From: Chthoniobacterales bacterium
GTDB taxonomy: Bacteria; Verrucomicrobiota; Verrucomicrobiia; Chthoniobacterales; DASVRZ01
Direction: 5' to 3'
DNA: 58,584 nucleotides
Assembly (NCBI GenBank): GCA_038225185.1
Contig: JBBRFA010000005.1
Span: 1-58,584 of the forward strand
Part shown: piece after piece, positions 19,404-27,976 of the stretch
Numbering within the stretch: position 1 is the first letter of the stretch
Layout: each line of letters starts with the position of its first letter
Made by a program: the position numbers and the translations under genes
The notes under the pieces: generated by a model
Told to the model about the DNA's origin: nothing
The model's input: the letters and a program-made list of their open reading frames with translations, nothing else
Database searches by the model: none

Positions 19404-20584
19404 GCGACTTCCATCAACGAGGTGTCATCTGCACACTTTCCCGGCTGCGCGATCAGCCTCTTGCCCATCTCGAAAACGATCTCCTGGTCAACGCACTCAA
19501 CCAGCCGCCCGCCCTGGTCCTGCCCAGCACGTGGGAGGATTTTTCGCGGCCACCTTTTCAACAAATTCTCGACGCGTTACGCGATGCCTCGTGGATTTCG
19601 CAGATCGTCGTAAGCCTCAACCGGGCTTCCGCATCCGAGGCGCATCTGGCTTTTCAAAAACTAAAAGCCCAGGAAGATCGCCGTCTTGTTTTACTTTGGA
19701 ACGACGATCCCGCCCTGACCAAACTTCTTCCCCCTGGCAGCAGTGGCAAGGGACTCAATCTCTGGGCTGCCACAGGATGGTTGCTAGGAGAAGGCCATGC
19801 CAGAACCCTCATCACTCACGATACGGATATTCTAAATTATCAACGCGAATTACCCGCCCGCCTCGCCCTGCCGCTTTTGCATCCCGAGTTGGGTTATTCT
19901 TTCGTAAAAGGCTATTACCCTAGAATCTCGGGACAACTTTTCGGACGGGTTACCCGCCTCTTCGTGGGTCCATTGCTCCGGGCCCTGGTGCGGGTGGAGG
20001 GCCACTCACCTTTGCTCGATTTTCTGGAAAGTTTTCGCTACCCATTGGCAGGAGAATTTGGGGCGGGATTGAAGGAGTTGGAAAAGATCGCACTCCCGGC
20101 CGGCTGGGATCTGGAGGTGGATTTGCTTTGTTCGGTCCATCGCCGGCTACCACCCGAAAAAGTCGCCCAAGTGGATCTGGGAGCCAATTACGAGCACAAA
20201 CATCAACCGGCGGGCAGCGGTCTCGCGCCGTCGGGTCTCACGCGTCTGGCAGCGGAAATCTGGCAGAGTCTCCGGAATAATTTGCAGCGCGAAGGACTTA
20301 GAATGACCTCCGATTTCATTCAGGCATTGGTCAGCGCCTATTATAAATTAGCGGGCGAAGCCGTGACGCGTTATCATCATGTCTCGATTGCCAACGGCCT
20401 TACGTATTCCATCGGGCAGGAGAAAGCGTTGGTCGCAGAATTTGGGCAGGTTTTATTATCAGAATCTCCGTCTGTTCCGCCAGCATTACCAGCCTGGGCG
20501 GAATTGGCGTCAACCGATCCCGAGCGTCACGCTCTTTTGCAAAAAACTTTGCTAACACAAAGACCAACCCACGAGTCCAATTAA
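19400..20584 (+). CDS. gpgS: Glucosyl-3-phosphoglycerate synthase-like glycosyltransferase
   Basis: MSDFHQRG start, GKGLN, HDTDI, FVKGYYPR, GRVTRLFV, FRYPLAGEF, YEHKHQ. Confidence 0.75.
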   Translation: MSDFHQRGVICTLSRLRDQPLAHLENDLLVNALNQPPALVLPSTWEDFSRPPFQQILDALRDASWISQIVVSLNRASASEAHLAFQKLKAQEDRRLVLLWNDDPALTKLLPPGSSGKGLNLWAATGWLLGEGHARTLITHDTDILNYQRELPARLALPLLHPELGYSFVKGYYPRISGQLFGRVTRLFVGPLLRALVRVEGHSPLLDFLESFRYPLAGEFGAGLKELEKIALPAGWDLEVDLLCSVHRRLPPEKVAQVDLGANYEHKHQPAGSGLAPSGLTRLAAEIWQSLRNNLQREGLRMTSDFIQALVSAYYKLAGEAVTRYHHVSIANGLTYSIGQEKALVAEFGQVLLSESPSVPPALPAWAELASTDPERHALLQKTLLTQRPTHESN

Positions 20585-20589
20585 CCGCC

Positions 20590-21480
20590 ATGCAGGAGGC
20601 CATCGATGAGTTTTTGTTATATCTGGCGACAGAAAGAGGGTTATCGACCAATTATCAACTCTCGGTCCGCATCTCTTTGGAAGGCTTCGCGGCGTGGCTG
20701 GCCAAAACACGTTACCGCCTGTCTTTTAACGAAGTGACGATTGAGGATATCACCGATTACCTTGGCCATCGCAAACGCGGTGGACTTGCTCCCGGTTCGA
20801 TCAAATTGCTGATTGTTGCGATTCGAATTTTTTTTAGATTCCTAACGGCGCGTAAGATCCTGTCCCGGGATATCGCGGGGGTGCTTCCCTTGCCCAGGTT
20901 ATCGCGTATTTTGCCCGAGACCTTGAACGAATTGCAGGTGGAACGTTTGCTCGAATCGTTACCCGAAAAACATCCCGCCGCGTTGCGCGACAAAGCGATG
21001 ATCGAATTGCTTTACGCCAGCGGATTGCGAGTCTCGGAGCTGGTGAATGCCCGGCTGGAAAATCTCAATCTTGAGGAAGGTTTCATCCGGGTGGTTGGCA
21101 AGGGCGATAAAATGCGTCTGGTGCCGGTGGGTGCCCGTGCCCGCGAAGCGATTGCCAATTATCTCGCGGTGGAACGTCCCAAGGTGGTCGGGAAAAAAAC
21201 CGGGAGCCAGATTTTTTTAAATCGACGTGGCACGCTCCTAACCACCGTGCGGGTATGGCAGATTGTGAAGCAATGCGCCCGTTTCGCCGGGATTGAGATC
21301 AACGTTTATCCGCATTTGCTGCGGCATTCGTTTGCCACGCATTTGCTGGGTAATGGAGCGGATTTGCGGATTATTCAAGAGATGTTGGGACACGCCGATA
21401 TCGCGACCACCCAGATTTATACGCATGTGGATCGGGATCATTTAAAAGCGATCCACCGTAAGTTTCATCCGCGAGGTTAA
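20590..21480 (+). CDS. xerD: Site-specific tyrosine recombinase XerD
   Basis: ERGLSTN, RDKAMIELLYASGLRVSEL, GKGDKMRLVP, PHLLRHSFATHLL, GADLRIIQEMLGHADIATTQIYTHV, HPRG end. Confidence 0.9.
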   Translation: MQEAIDEFLLYLATERGLSTNYQLSVRISLEGFAAWLAKTRYRLSFNEVTIEDITDYLGHRKRGGLAPGSIKLLIVAIRIFFRFLTARKILSRDIAGVLPLPRLSRILPETLNELQVERLLESLPEKHPAALRDKAMIELLYASGLRVSELVNARLENLNLEEGFIRVVGKGDKMRLVPVGARAREAIANYLAVERPKVVGKKTGSQIFLNRRGTLLTTVRVWQIVKQCARFAGIEINVYPHLLRHSFATHLLGNGADLRIIQEMLGHADIATTQIYTHVDRDHLKAIHRKFHPRG

Positions 21481-21483
21481 ATT

Positions 21484-21529
21484 CATTAGTGAAAGTCTTC
21501 GTCAGATTGCAGATGGATGGCGGAGGCAT
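21484..21529. repeat. Dispersed intergenic repeat, copy 2 (copy 1 at 8884-8929)
   Basis: 41/46 identity to copy 1. Confidence 0.85.
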
Positions 21530-21560
21530 CGCAAGCTGTAGCAACCCGCTGGTGTCGTCC

Positions 21561-21649
21561 GGGTTAACAACGAATGGACTCAAAATGACACATAAAAAAG
21601 GTAATTGATGCTAGATCGCGATTGATTAGTGTCCATTCGTGGGTAACCC
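21561..21649. repeat. Imperfect inverted repeat (gggttaacaacgaatggac ... gtccattcgtgggtaaccc)
   Basis: 19-bp arms with 2 mismatches around a ~50-bp AT-rich spacer. Confidence 0.7.
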
Positions 21650-21712
21650 ATGTCTGAGTATTTGCAGGTTAGTATTAAGGATGGATCTAACTTGGTAAAG
21701 CGGCTTTAGCTT

Positions 21713-22231
21713 TTACTGCCCTTTTTTGTAGAGTTCGACGACTTTTTGTTGCAGGGCCGGGAGACGTTCCTTGCGTTTTTGGTCCATCTCGCTGCGCAGT
21801 TCTTCCTCGACTTTGCGACGTTCGGCTCGATAGATTTCGGCAAACTTCCGGCGTTGTTCCTCGTTGAGTTCCAGTCCGCTGTTTTTCAAGGCATTATCCA
21901 CAGCCTGATTGGTGCGTTTTTCACGTTCGCCTTGGATAAATCGCTGATGAGCTTTTTCATCTCCCGGCAATTGTTCCCAGCGGCGCATTTTTTCGAGGAC
22001 TTTCTGGCGATCTTCCGGGCTAAGTTCTTCGAGGCGTTTCCGAAATTTTTTGCCTCGGGGAGGACCGTCTGGACGGGGTTCGCCCCCAAATTTTGGTGGC
22101 CGCGGCTCGTAATCGGACGGAGGCGGTGAAATGGGCGGACCTACAACCGGTTCCTGAGCCAAAAGGGATGGTCCAATGCAGGAGATCCCAAGGAGGACGA
22201 GCGAGGTTAGTAAGAGACGGTGCCGAGCCAT
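21713..22231 (-). CDS. Secreted helical, charged protein (DUF3106/Spy-like)
   Basis: Signal peptide, Pro-rich linker, ELSPEDRQK/WEQLPGDEK helical repeats. Confidence 0.6.
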   Translation of the reverse strand: MARHRLLLTSLVLLGISCIGPSLLAQEPVVGPPISPPPSDYEPRPPKFGGEPRPDGPPRGKKFRKRLEELSPEDRQKVLEKMRRWEQLPGDEKAHQRFIQGEREKRTNQAVDNALKNSGLELNEEQRRKFAEIYRAERRKVEEELRSEMDQKRKERLPALQQKVVELYKKGQ

Positions 22232-22551
22232 AATTCGTTATCGTTGAGGACCAGGTCCAGGTCTTTGAAGGCGACTGGATCATCGACTGGCGCTTTGGCC
22301 AGCAGCACATCGTTGGGAGAGGGAGCGAGCGAGTTTTGCCAGGTGAACAAGAAAGCCAGCAAGGCAAGACCCGTGGTGAGGCCTCCGAGGGTGCGCCAGG
22401 ATTTTTTCCACCAGGATTGCCAGGATGAGGCAGTGTCGGACGTCGATAAACGGATGCGACGCAGCACATCGTCGGTGAATTTTCCCGAGACCTGCGGCTG
22501 GCGAGCTTTCCCCAGTAAATCCCAAAGGGTGTGATCATCTTGCGGTTGCAT
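22207..22551 (-). CDS. Small single-pass membrane protein, anti-sigma-factor-like
   Basis: LWDLLGKA..P.VSGKFTDDVLRRIR N-terminus, one TM helix, acidic tail. Confidence 0.6.
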   Translation of the reverse strand: MQPQDDHTLWDLLGKARQPQVSGKFTDDVLRRIRLSTSDTASSWQSWWKKSWRTLGGLTTGLALLAFLFTWQNSLAPSPNDVLLAKAPVDDPVAFKDLDLVLNDNELWLGTVSY

Positions 22552-22591
22552 ACATGGAATAAAACCAAAAATCGGGTTAAAAGTTGCGGAC

Positions 22592-23806
22592 TTATTTTTT
22601 GGATTTTAGAAAGTTTCGAATGGAGCGGTCGAGTTTACGGGTAAACCAGCGGTGAAAAGGGCCGTGCGAACGAAAAGACTCCCAGGCAGACCGGAGCCGG
22701 GCGAGATTTTTTTCACTGCGCTGGCAGGCTTTGGTTTGCTCGCTGAGCAGCGAACGGAGGTGTTTGTTTTCCGATTGATAACGTTCCAAACGTTGTCCGC
22801 GTTCCACAAAGGGAATAAGGGCGCGCAAATAATCACTGGCTGCGGCAGCTTCCAGAACGGGATCGGGAGTGTGCTTTTTCCATTCCTCAACAGTTGCTTC
22901 GTAAAGTGCAACCAATTGATCGATAGCGCTTTCCGCATCGGCGTGTTGACGGATAAAAGCGGTTGTTTCCGTTTGTGCGGCAGGCTGGTAGGCGTCGATT
23001 TGGGCTGCGAGTTCGGAGGCGGCGAGACCTTCCTCCCAGATGGCGCGGCTAAGATTGATCTCGCGACGGGCGGCGACATTATCGGGAGTAAGGAGCGGCC
23101 CAAGCATTTCGCCATCGGTGGTGCTCACGGCACATCCCCGGGCCAGAGCTTCGAGGGCGGTGCGTCCGGTGCCGAAAACCAAATCGTGCCGGTCATAAAT
23201 CGGGAGTGGATCCACCACATTTCCCTTCACCCAGTCGAGTTCCTGATGAAAAGTGATGCCGCGTTCCTCACAAATGCGTCGCAGATGCTCCAATATCCAC
23301 GGGCGCGGCGGTATTCTGGAGCAAAAAACCGCTGAACGCAGTTTCACGGGAGCGGTTTTTGGTGGGGAAAAATGCTCCAGCCGCAGAAAATTGGGTAGCG
23401 CAGACATTCGCTCGGGTGGGATGTTTTTTTCGAGTATGACTCGCTTGTTTGCGTTGTGGCTAAGGTTGATGTAACGCAAAATTCGCGGATGCACGGCGAC
23501 GCGTTCCTGCAAGGGAACGATGCCGTGAATGTAGCAAATTGCTGGCACATCGGGCAAAGCAAGCAAGGCGGCCATGGTTTCCATGTGATGCTGCCCATGG
23601 ATGATGTCGGGCCGCATTGGCAGCCGGCTTAAATCGCTTACCACAGGAAAAAGTTCATCGGTCAGCAACTCGGAGATATGACCCAGCCGGGCGGAAAAAA
23701 TCATTACGTCGTGCCCTCTTTTTCGGAGGAGACGACAGAGATCGATCACGACGCTTTGCGTGCCTCCGCGCTGACGCAGTGAGTGGTTGGTGATGAGGAT
23801 TTTCAT
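22592..23806 (-). CDS. Glycosyltransferase family 4-like (GT-B) with coiled-coil tail
   Basis: MKILITNHSL..RGGTQ, RGHDV, PDIIHGQH, GRTALEALARGC; ATGA overlap with the upstream Mur ligase. Confidence 0.85.
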   Translation of the reverse strand: MKILITNHSLRQRGGTQSVVIDLCRLLRKRGHDVMIFSARLGHISELLTDELFPVVSDLSRLPMRPDIIHGQHHMETMAALLALPDVPAICYIHGIVPLQERVAVHPRILRYINLSHNANKRVILEKNIPPERMSALPNFLRLEHFSPPKTAPVKLRSAVFCSRIPPRPWILEHLRRICEERGITFHQELDWVKGNVVDPLPIYDRHDLVFGTGRTALEALARGCAVSTTDGEMLGPLLTPDNVAARREINLSRAIWEEGLAASELAAQIDAYQPAAQTETTAFIRQHADAESAIDQLVALYEATVEEWKKHTPDPVLEAAAASDYLRALIPFVERGQRLERYQSENKHLRSLLSEQTKACQRSEKNLARLRSAWESFRSHGPFHRWFTRKLDRSIRNFLKSKK

Positions 23807-25260
23807 GGGACCACGAGGTTCGGAGCAGGGCGCGTTTGGAGAGCGGCGGTTACCTCATGGAGAAGATACGGTCGCGATGGCGGGTGGACCGCGAGGAGCA
23901 GGGTATCGCCCGGGCGCGCCCGCTCGACGATCCAGTGAATGATGCCTTTGCGGGTGTTTTGATAGGTGGCATCGACGTTGCGTTCCAGGAGGTCGGCCAC
24001 GAGGCGATCTGTGGAAAACGGAGGGGTGTAATCCTCGGGTTTTTGGCCGGCAATCGGGGCGATCAAGACGTGATCTGCCAATGTAAGAACCTCGGGAAGG
24101 CGTTTTTGAACGTAGCCATCACCCGGACCGGGATATTGCGGTTGAATCACGCACAGCAACCGGCCTTGAGGATGACTTTCGCGCAATGCCCCGAGAGCGG
24201 TCAACAAGGCGTCGGGATGCACGTTGCTTTCCACATAAAAACGCACGCCACCTGGTGTGCCGGCACTTTGCAAACGATCCTGCACCGGGACGAAGCGCGC
24301 CAAAGCCTTCGCAGAAAACGACGAGGTAATCCCCAGATGGTCTGCGGCCACAGTCGCCAGGGCGGCATCCAAGGCATTGGCGCGCCCGAGCAAAGGCAGA
24401 TTGAAAAATGCTCCCATAAAAGAAAAATGACCTCCACAAGAATGAGCGGAAAAATCCGTGATTCGCTCGTTGTTTACCGGTTCAAACCCCACCGTAATGA
24501 CCTTGCAGGCAGCATGTTGCAACAAATCCGCTGTGCCTGCCGCCTCATCTCCGGCGACCACCGCGACACCGGTCTGGGGGAGGGCGGAGAGCATCGCGGC
24601 AAATATTTTGCGATAATCGGCCACATCCCGATACAACTCGATGTGATCGGGGAAAACGTTCGTGAGAATCGCGTCGGTCGGGCGATAATGGGTAAATTTT
24701 GGGGTCAAATCCGTCGGCGACGACGCATATTCATCCCCTTCGAGAATAGCGAGGGCACCACCCTCCAGACGTAATCCGGTGGAAAAAACCCCCGGCACAC
24801 CACCGATGAGATAATCGGGAGCCAGCCCGGCATTGTCCGCGATCCAGGCGAGCATGGCGGTGGTGGTGGTTTTTCCCTTGCTCCCGGTGATCGCCCAACG
24901 GCGGGTGGCGGGCAAGATCAGAGCGGCCACCACTTCGGGATAGGAGGTGACGAGGGAGCCGGAGTCAATGAGCTGCGCCAGAAACGGGTGATCGGCGGGG
25001 AAGGATCGTCCTGCCACCCAGAGATTTACGTTTTCAAGGTCGGCCGGGGGGGCCGGATCGATTAGGATTGCGGCTTCGCGCAAGCGATCCGACATGGGCG
25101 GATCGGTTTGCGTGTCGCAACCTCCTATATGCCAGCCTTGTCGTTGGAGGCAGAGAGCCAGGGGTGCCATGGCGATGCCGCAGATGCCGAGAAAGTAAAT
25201 CCGTTTGCCACCAGGAGATTGCTGCAAAAATGAGGCGACAGGAAGATGGGGACCGGACAT
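23803..25260 (-). CDS. Mur ligase family protein (Mpl/MurC-like, divergent C-terminal domain)
   Basis: LGICGIAM Rossmann motif, P-loop TGSKGKTTTT, EGDEY, TNVFPDH. Confidence 0.85.
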   Translation of the reverse strand: MSGPHLPVASFLQQSPGGKRIYFLGICGIAMAPLALCLQRQGWHIGGCDTQTDPPMSDRLREAAILIDPAPPADLENVNLWVAGRSFPADHPFLAQLIDSGSLVTSYPEVVAALILPATRRWAITGSKGKTTTTAMLAWIADNAGLAPDYLIGGVPGVFSTGLRLEGGALAILEGDEYASSPTDLTPKFTHYRPTDAILTNVFPDHIELYRDVADYRKIFAAMLSALPQTGVAVVAGDEAAGTADLLQHAACKVITVGFEPVNNERITDFSAHSCGGHFSFMGAFFNLPLLGRANALDAALATVAADHLGITSSFSAKALARFVPVQDRLQSAGTPGGVRFYVESNVHPDALLTALGALRESHPQGRLLCVIQPQYPGPGDGYVQKRLPEVLTLADHVLIAPIAGQKPEDYTPPFSTDRLVADLLERNVDATYQNTRKGIIHWIVERARPGDTLLLAVHPPSRPYLLHEVTAALQTRPAPNLVVP

Positions 25261-25299
25261 AAAAAAACCTCCGCAACGATGAGTCGCGGAGGTTTTTTT
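25261..25299. terminator. Rho-independent terminator (bidirectional-looking)
   Basis: aaaaaaacctccgc-loop-gcggaggttttttt. Confidence 0.85.
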
Positions 25300-25316
25300 A
25301 TCGAGAAAAAAGACGA

Positions 25317-25439
25317 TTATTCTGTGATGATCGTGCCCGACCCAAAGACCCCGCTATCGATGATTGGACCCGCTGCAAGGATGCTTTGGGTGATGACAGG
25401 ACCAACGGGGATGATTTCGGAATGTATGTTTAATTTCAT
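25317..25439 (-). CDS. Unannotated 40-aa peptide MKLNIHSEIIPVGPVITQSILAAGPIIDSGVFGSGTIITE
   Basis: Hand translation ATG(25439) to TAA(25317); CA-rich leader caacacactcaaacacacatctcatt; terminator 17 nt after the stop; internal 11-aa periodicity. Confidence 0.7.
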   Translation of the reverse strand: MKLNIHSEIIPVGPVITQSILAAGPIIDSGVFGSGTIITE

Positions 25440-25631
25440 AATGAGATGTGTGTTTGAGTGTGTTGATTAATGTGAATTGCAGAGAATTCTGCCCGACAAT
25501 ATTTTGTATAGATTTTGGTGATTCGACAGACAAGAAAAAAATCACCGTCCCTCAAAAATTCTGGCGCGAAATGGATTCTGGCTTGCGGGTTATAAGCTTT
25601 CCAGCTATCAAACTCCCAAAATCACCTGCAT

Positions 25632-26411
25632 TTGTCTGTCTCCATTTCTCAATATTCCGTTGAGCCAACCGTTGTCAGCGGAAAGTGGGTGCTGTCGGTG
25701 ATTTTGCCTGGTATTCGTCCTCAAATATTGGGCGATGCACTGGAGGCCAGCCTGTCTGGAAGTGGCATCGGTTATAATGATAAAAGTCTTCTCCTGGATG
25801 TGGCCGATGAAACGATCCATCCAGCCGACCGGGCCATTTCTGTCTGGGCTCATCGCCAGCGGCGTGAGCGGCTGGTTGTTCATGCGAGAGAACTTAGCGC
25901 CCTCTGGCAATTGCTGGCCGACGACATCTGGATCACGATTATCGGCGATCCCATCTGGCGCGCGGTCGATTGTTTTCGCAATCTCTCGACGAATCCCACT
26001 CACCCGCTCCACGCCGGGATCGTGGAAAAAAAAATCACGCTGGGAGAATTTTACCGTTCGCCTCTCTCTGTCTCGGTCTGCAATCGGCAATGCCGCAAGC
26101 TGGCCCTCACGGGAGCGGAGACCAGCGTCGATCTCATGCTGACCAACGCCACCAAGGCACTAAAACAATTTGCCTGGATCGGGCTGGAAGGCGTGGATGC
26201 CGGCCCACAAAAAAAACTCGGGACACTTTTACAGCAAAACGGCTATCCCTGCGCCATTCCAGTGCTGGCCATCGGGTTGCCTCCCAAAAAATTACCCGAT
26301 CCTGAGACGCAGGAAATTATTCGCAAAGCGGAGGCCGCTGATTGTGCCCTGTGGGAAAAGGCGAGGGAGATGCGAGCGGAAAGTTTTGCCGGGACGAAAG
26401 CCCAATCATGA
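25632..26411 (+). CDS. Degenerate sulfotransferase family 2-like protein
   Basis: ITIIGDPIWRAVDCF resembles the T.LRDP..R..S.Y motif; NRQCRKL and LKQFAWIGLE match that family's pattern; no clear 5'-PSB motif; ATGA overlap with the next gene. Confidence 0.5.
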   Translation: MSVSISQYSVEPTVVSGKWVLSVILPGIRPQILGDALEASLSGSGIGYNDKSLLLDVADETIHPADRAISVWAHRQRRERLVVHARELSALWQLLADDIWITIIGDPIWRAVDCFRNLSTNPTHPLHAGIVEKKITLGEFYRSPLSVSVCNRQCRKLALTGAETSVDLMLTNATKALKQFAWIGLEGVDAGPQKKLGTLLQQNGYPCAIPVLAIGLPPKKLPDPETQEIIRKAEAADCALWEKAREMRAESFAGTKAQS

Positions 26412-27976
26412 TCGCTCTGCCCGAAACTTCTGCACCGATTCTGCCCCGGCTGCTGTTTGTGAGGGGTTGCACCCGCGAGGTTGAAGAATATTTCCAACTC
26501 TCGGCCGTGCAACCTTGGGTGGAAGGTTTGGGGCATCATTTCCAGATCGAAGTGGTGCAGGATGCGAAGTGTCTGCTTACGGTCGCAGAAAAATTCGCGC
26601 CCGATCTCGTGCTTTTTTTTGGTGCCAAATATCAATTGCTTTACAGCGGTCCGGCGTTGGATTTTCGCGAAAGACTCGGGGTTCCCGTCGTTGCTTTGAG
26701 CCTGATGGATGCCCACAGCCCGGCCAGGGAGGCTTTTTTTGCCCAGGCCAGTCGTTTGGGCGTCGAGGCCATTTTTAGCATCGATACCGGGATGCGGGAA
26801 ATGGCGGGCGATTTCGCGCCGATGATTTTTTATTGCCCGTGGTTTGTGAACGAAAAAATGAGCTACGATTTCGCCCTTCCCAAGACGGTTCCCATCGCTT
26901 TGATCGGCGATGGGTTTGTTTCCACGGGGAACGATTGGCGTTATCCCTGGCGGCGCGAAGTGGCAGGGCGTTTATTAGAACATTTCCCCGTCTTTACTTC
27001 TCCCCGGCCGGGAAAAAACTATAGCCATCGGATGGTTGGCGCTGCCTATGGGCAGATGCTGAATCGAAGCTGGCTGGCGCTCGCCTGTGGAGCGTCGCGC
27101 CATATTTTCATGAAGAAAAATCTGGAGATACCCGCCAGCCGTTGTTGTCTGGTGACCGAGCCCAACGAAGCTCTTGTCCACCTGGGGTTTCGCGATGGTG
27201 AAAACTGTCTCTTTGCCGCGCCCGACGATGTGTTGGAAAAATGCCGGGACATGCTTGCCGATCCGACGCGGCTTTTGGAAATCACGGATCGCGGACGCGC
27301 CTTCGTTCTGGAAAATCATCGCGCCATCCATCGCACCGTGATTGCCGACTGGCTGGCTTGCCGGCAACGTCTGGGGGCCGGGCAACGCATTCTCCAGAAA
27401 GAGATTTGCGGACCATTGGAAGTCACAGGGGACAACGATGGCCGCGAGTCCATTCATCTGAGCGCGCACTCTCCCTTTCAACTAGCCCTTGAGGAGGCGC
27501 GGAGGTTTTGGCGGGCGGGAGAGTATGCCGCAAGCGCCGCCGCCGCAGCCCGCGCGGGACACTTGCTTAGACAAACCACCGAACCGTCTTTGCTCCTGGC
27601 TTGGGCGGCGTTGGGATGCCACCAGCCGCAGGAAGCATTGGATGAGTTGCGCGCGATTTTACTCCGTTCGGTGCAGCGTGCAGCCATGGCCCCCGATCCT
27701 CTTATCTGGGCCACCTATCTGCTTGGATTAAAACTGGCCGGTCACCATCGGGAGGCAACGTTGTTTGCCGGAAGCTTTCCCGATTTGCGGCATCCTTTGC
27801 TCGACCGGATTAAATCCATTCTCCTGCCGCAATGGGAAGCCGTGCCGACGCGTTACCAACCCTCGGCCTTGTTTCCGCCGTGGTCTTCAGCAGAAGAGTT
27901 AACGCGTTTTCTGGAGCCGTTGCTTGCCCGGATTCAGGAAAATCCATTGCCAAATGAGGTGACAAGCCAGGCATGA
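26408..27976 (+). CDS. Glycosyltransferase (CgeB/Glyco_trans_1_2-like) with TPR-like helical tail
   Basis: YPWRR, GAAYGQMLNRS, KNLEIPASRCCLVT, LGFRDGENC, EITDRGRAFV. Confidence 0.75.
   Translation: MIALPETSAPILPRLLFVRGCTREVEEYFQLSAVQPWVEGLGHHFQIEVVQDAKCLLTVAEKFAPDLVLFFGAKYQLLYSGPALDFRERLGVPVVALSLMDAHSPAREAFFAQASRLGVEAIFSIDTGMREMAGDFAPMIFYCPWFVNEKMSYDFALPKTVPIALIGDGFVSTGNDWRYPWRREVAGRLLEHFPVFTSPRPGKNYSHRMVGAAYGQMLNRSWLALACGASRHIFMKKNLEIPASRCCLVTEPNEALVHLGFRDGENCLFAAPDDVLEKCRDMLADPTRLLEITDRGRAFVLENHRAIHRTVIADWLACRQRLGAGQRILQKEICGPLEVTGDNDGRESIHLSAHSPFQLALEEARRFWRAGEYAASAAAAARAGHLLRQTTEPSLLLAWAALGCHQPQEALDELRAILLRSVQRAAMAPDPLIWATYLLGLKLAGHHREATLFAGSFPDLRHPLLDRIKSILLPQWEAVPTRYQPSALFPPWSSAEELTRFLEPLLARIQENPLPNEVTSQA

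Noticed and set aside
20590-21480. Prophage or island integrase
   Set aside because: Sequence has housekeeping XerD signatures, follows core genes in an operon, and no phage genes or att-bearing tRNA are nearby
25246-25663. Track ORFs of 74, 63 and 71 aa around the peptide gene
   Set aside because: They run through the terminator or AT-rich promoter region; the 40-aa minus-strand ORF has better leader, terminator and internal pattern support
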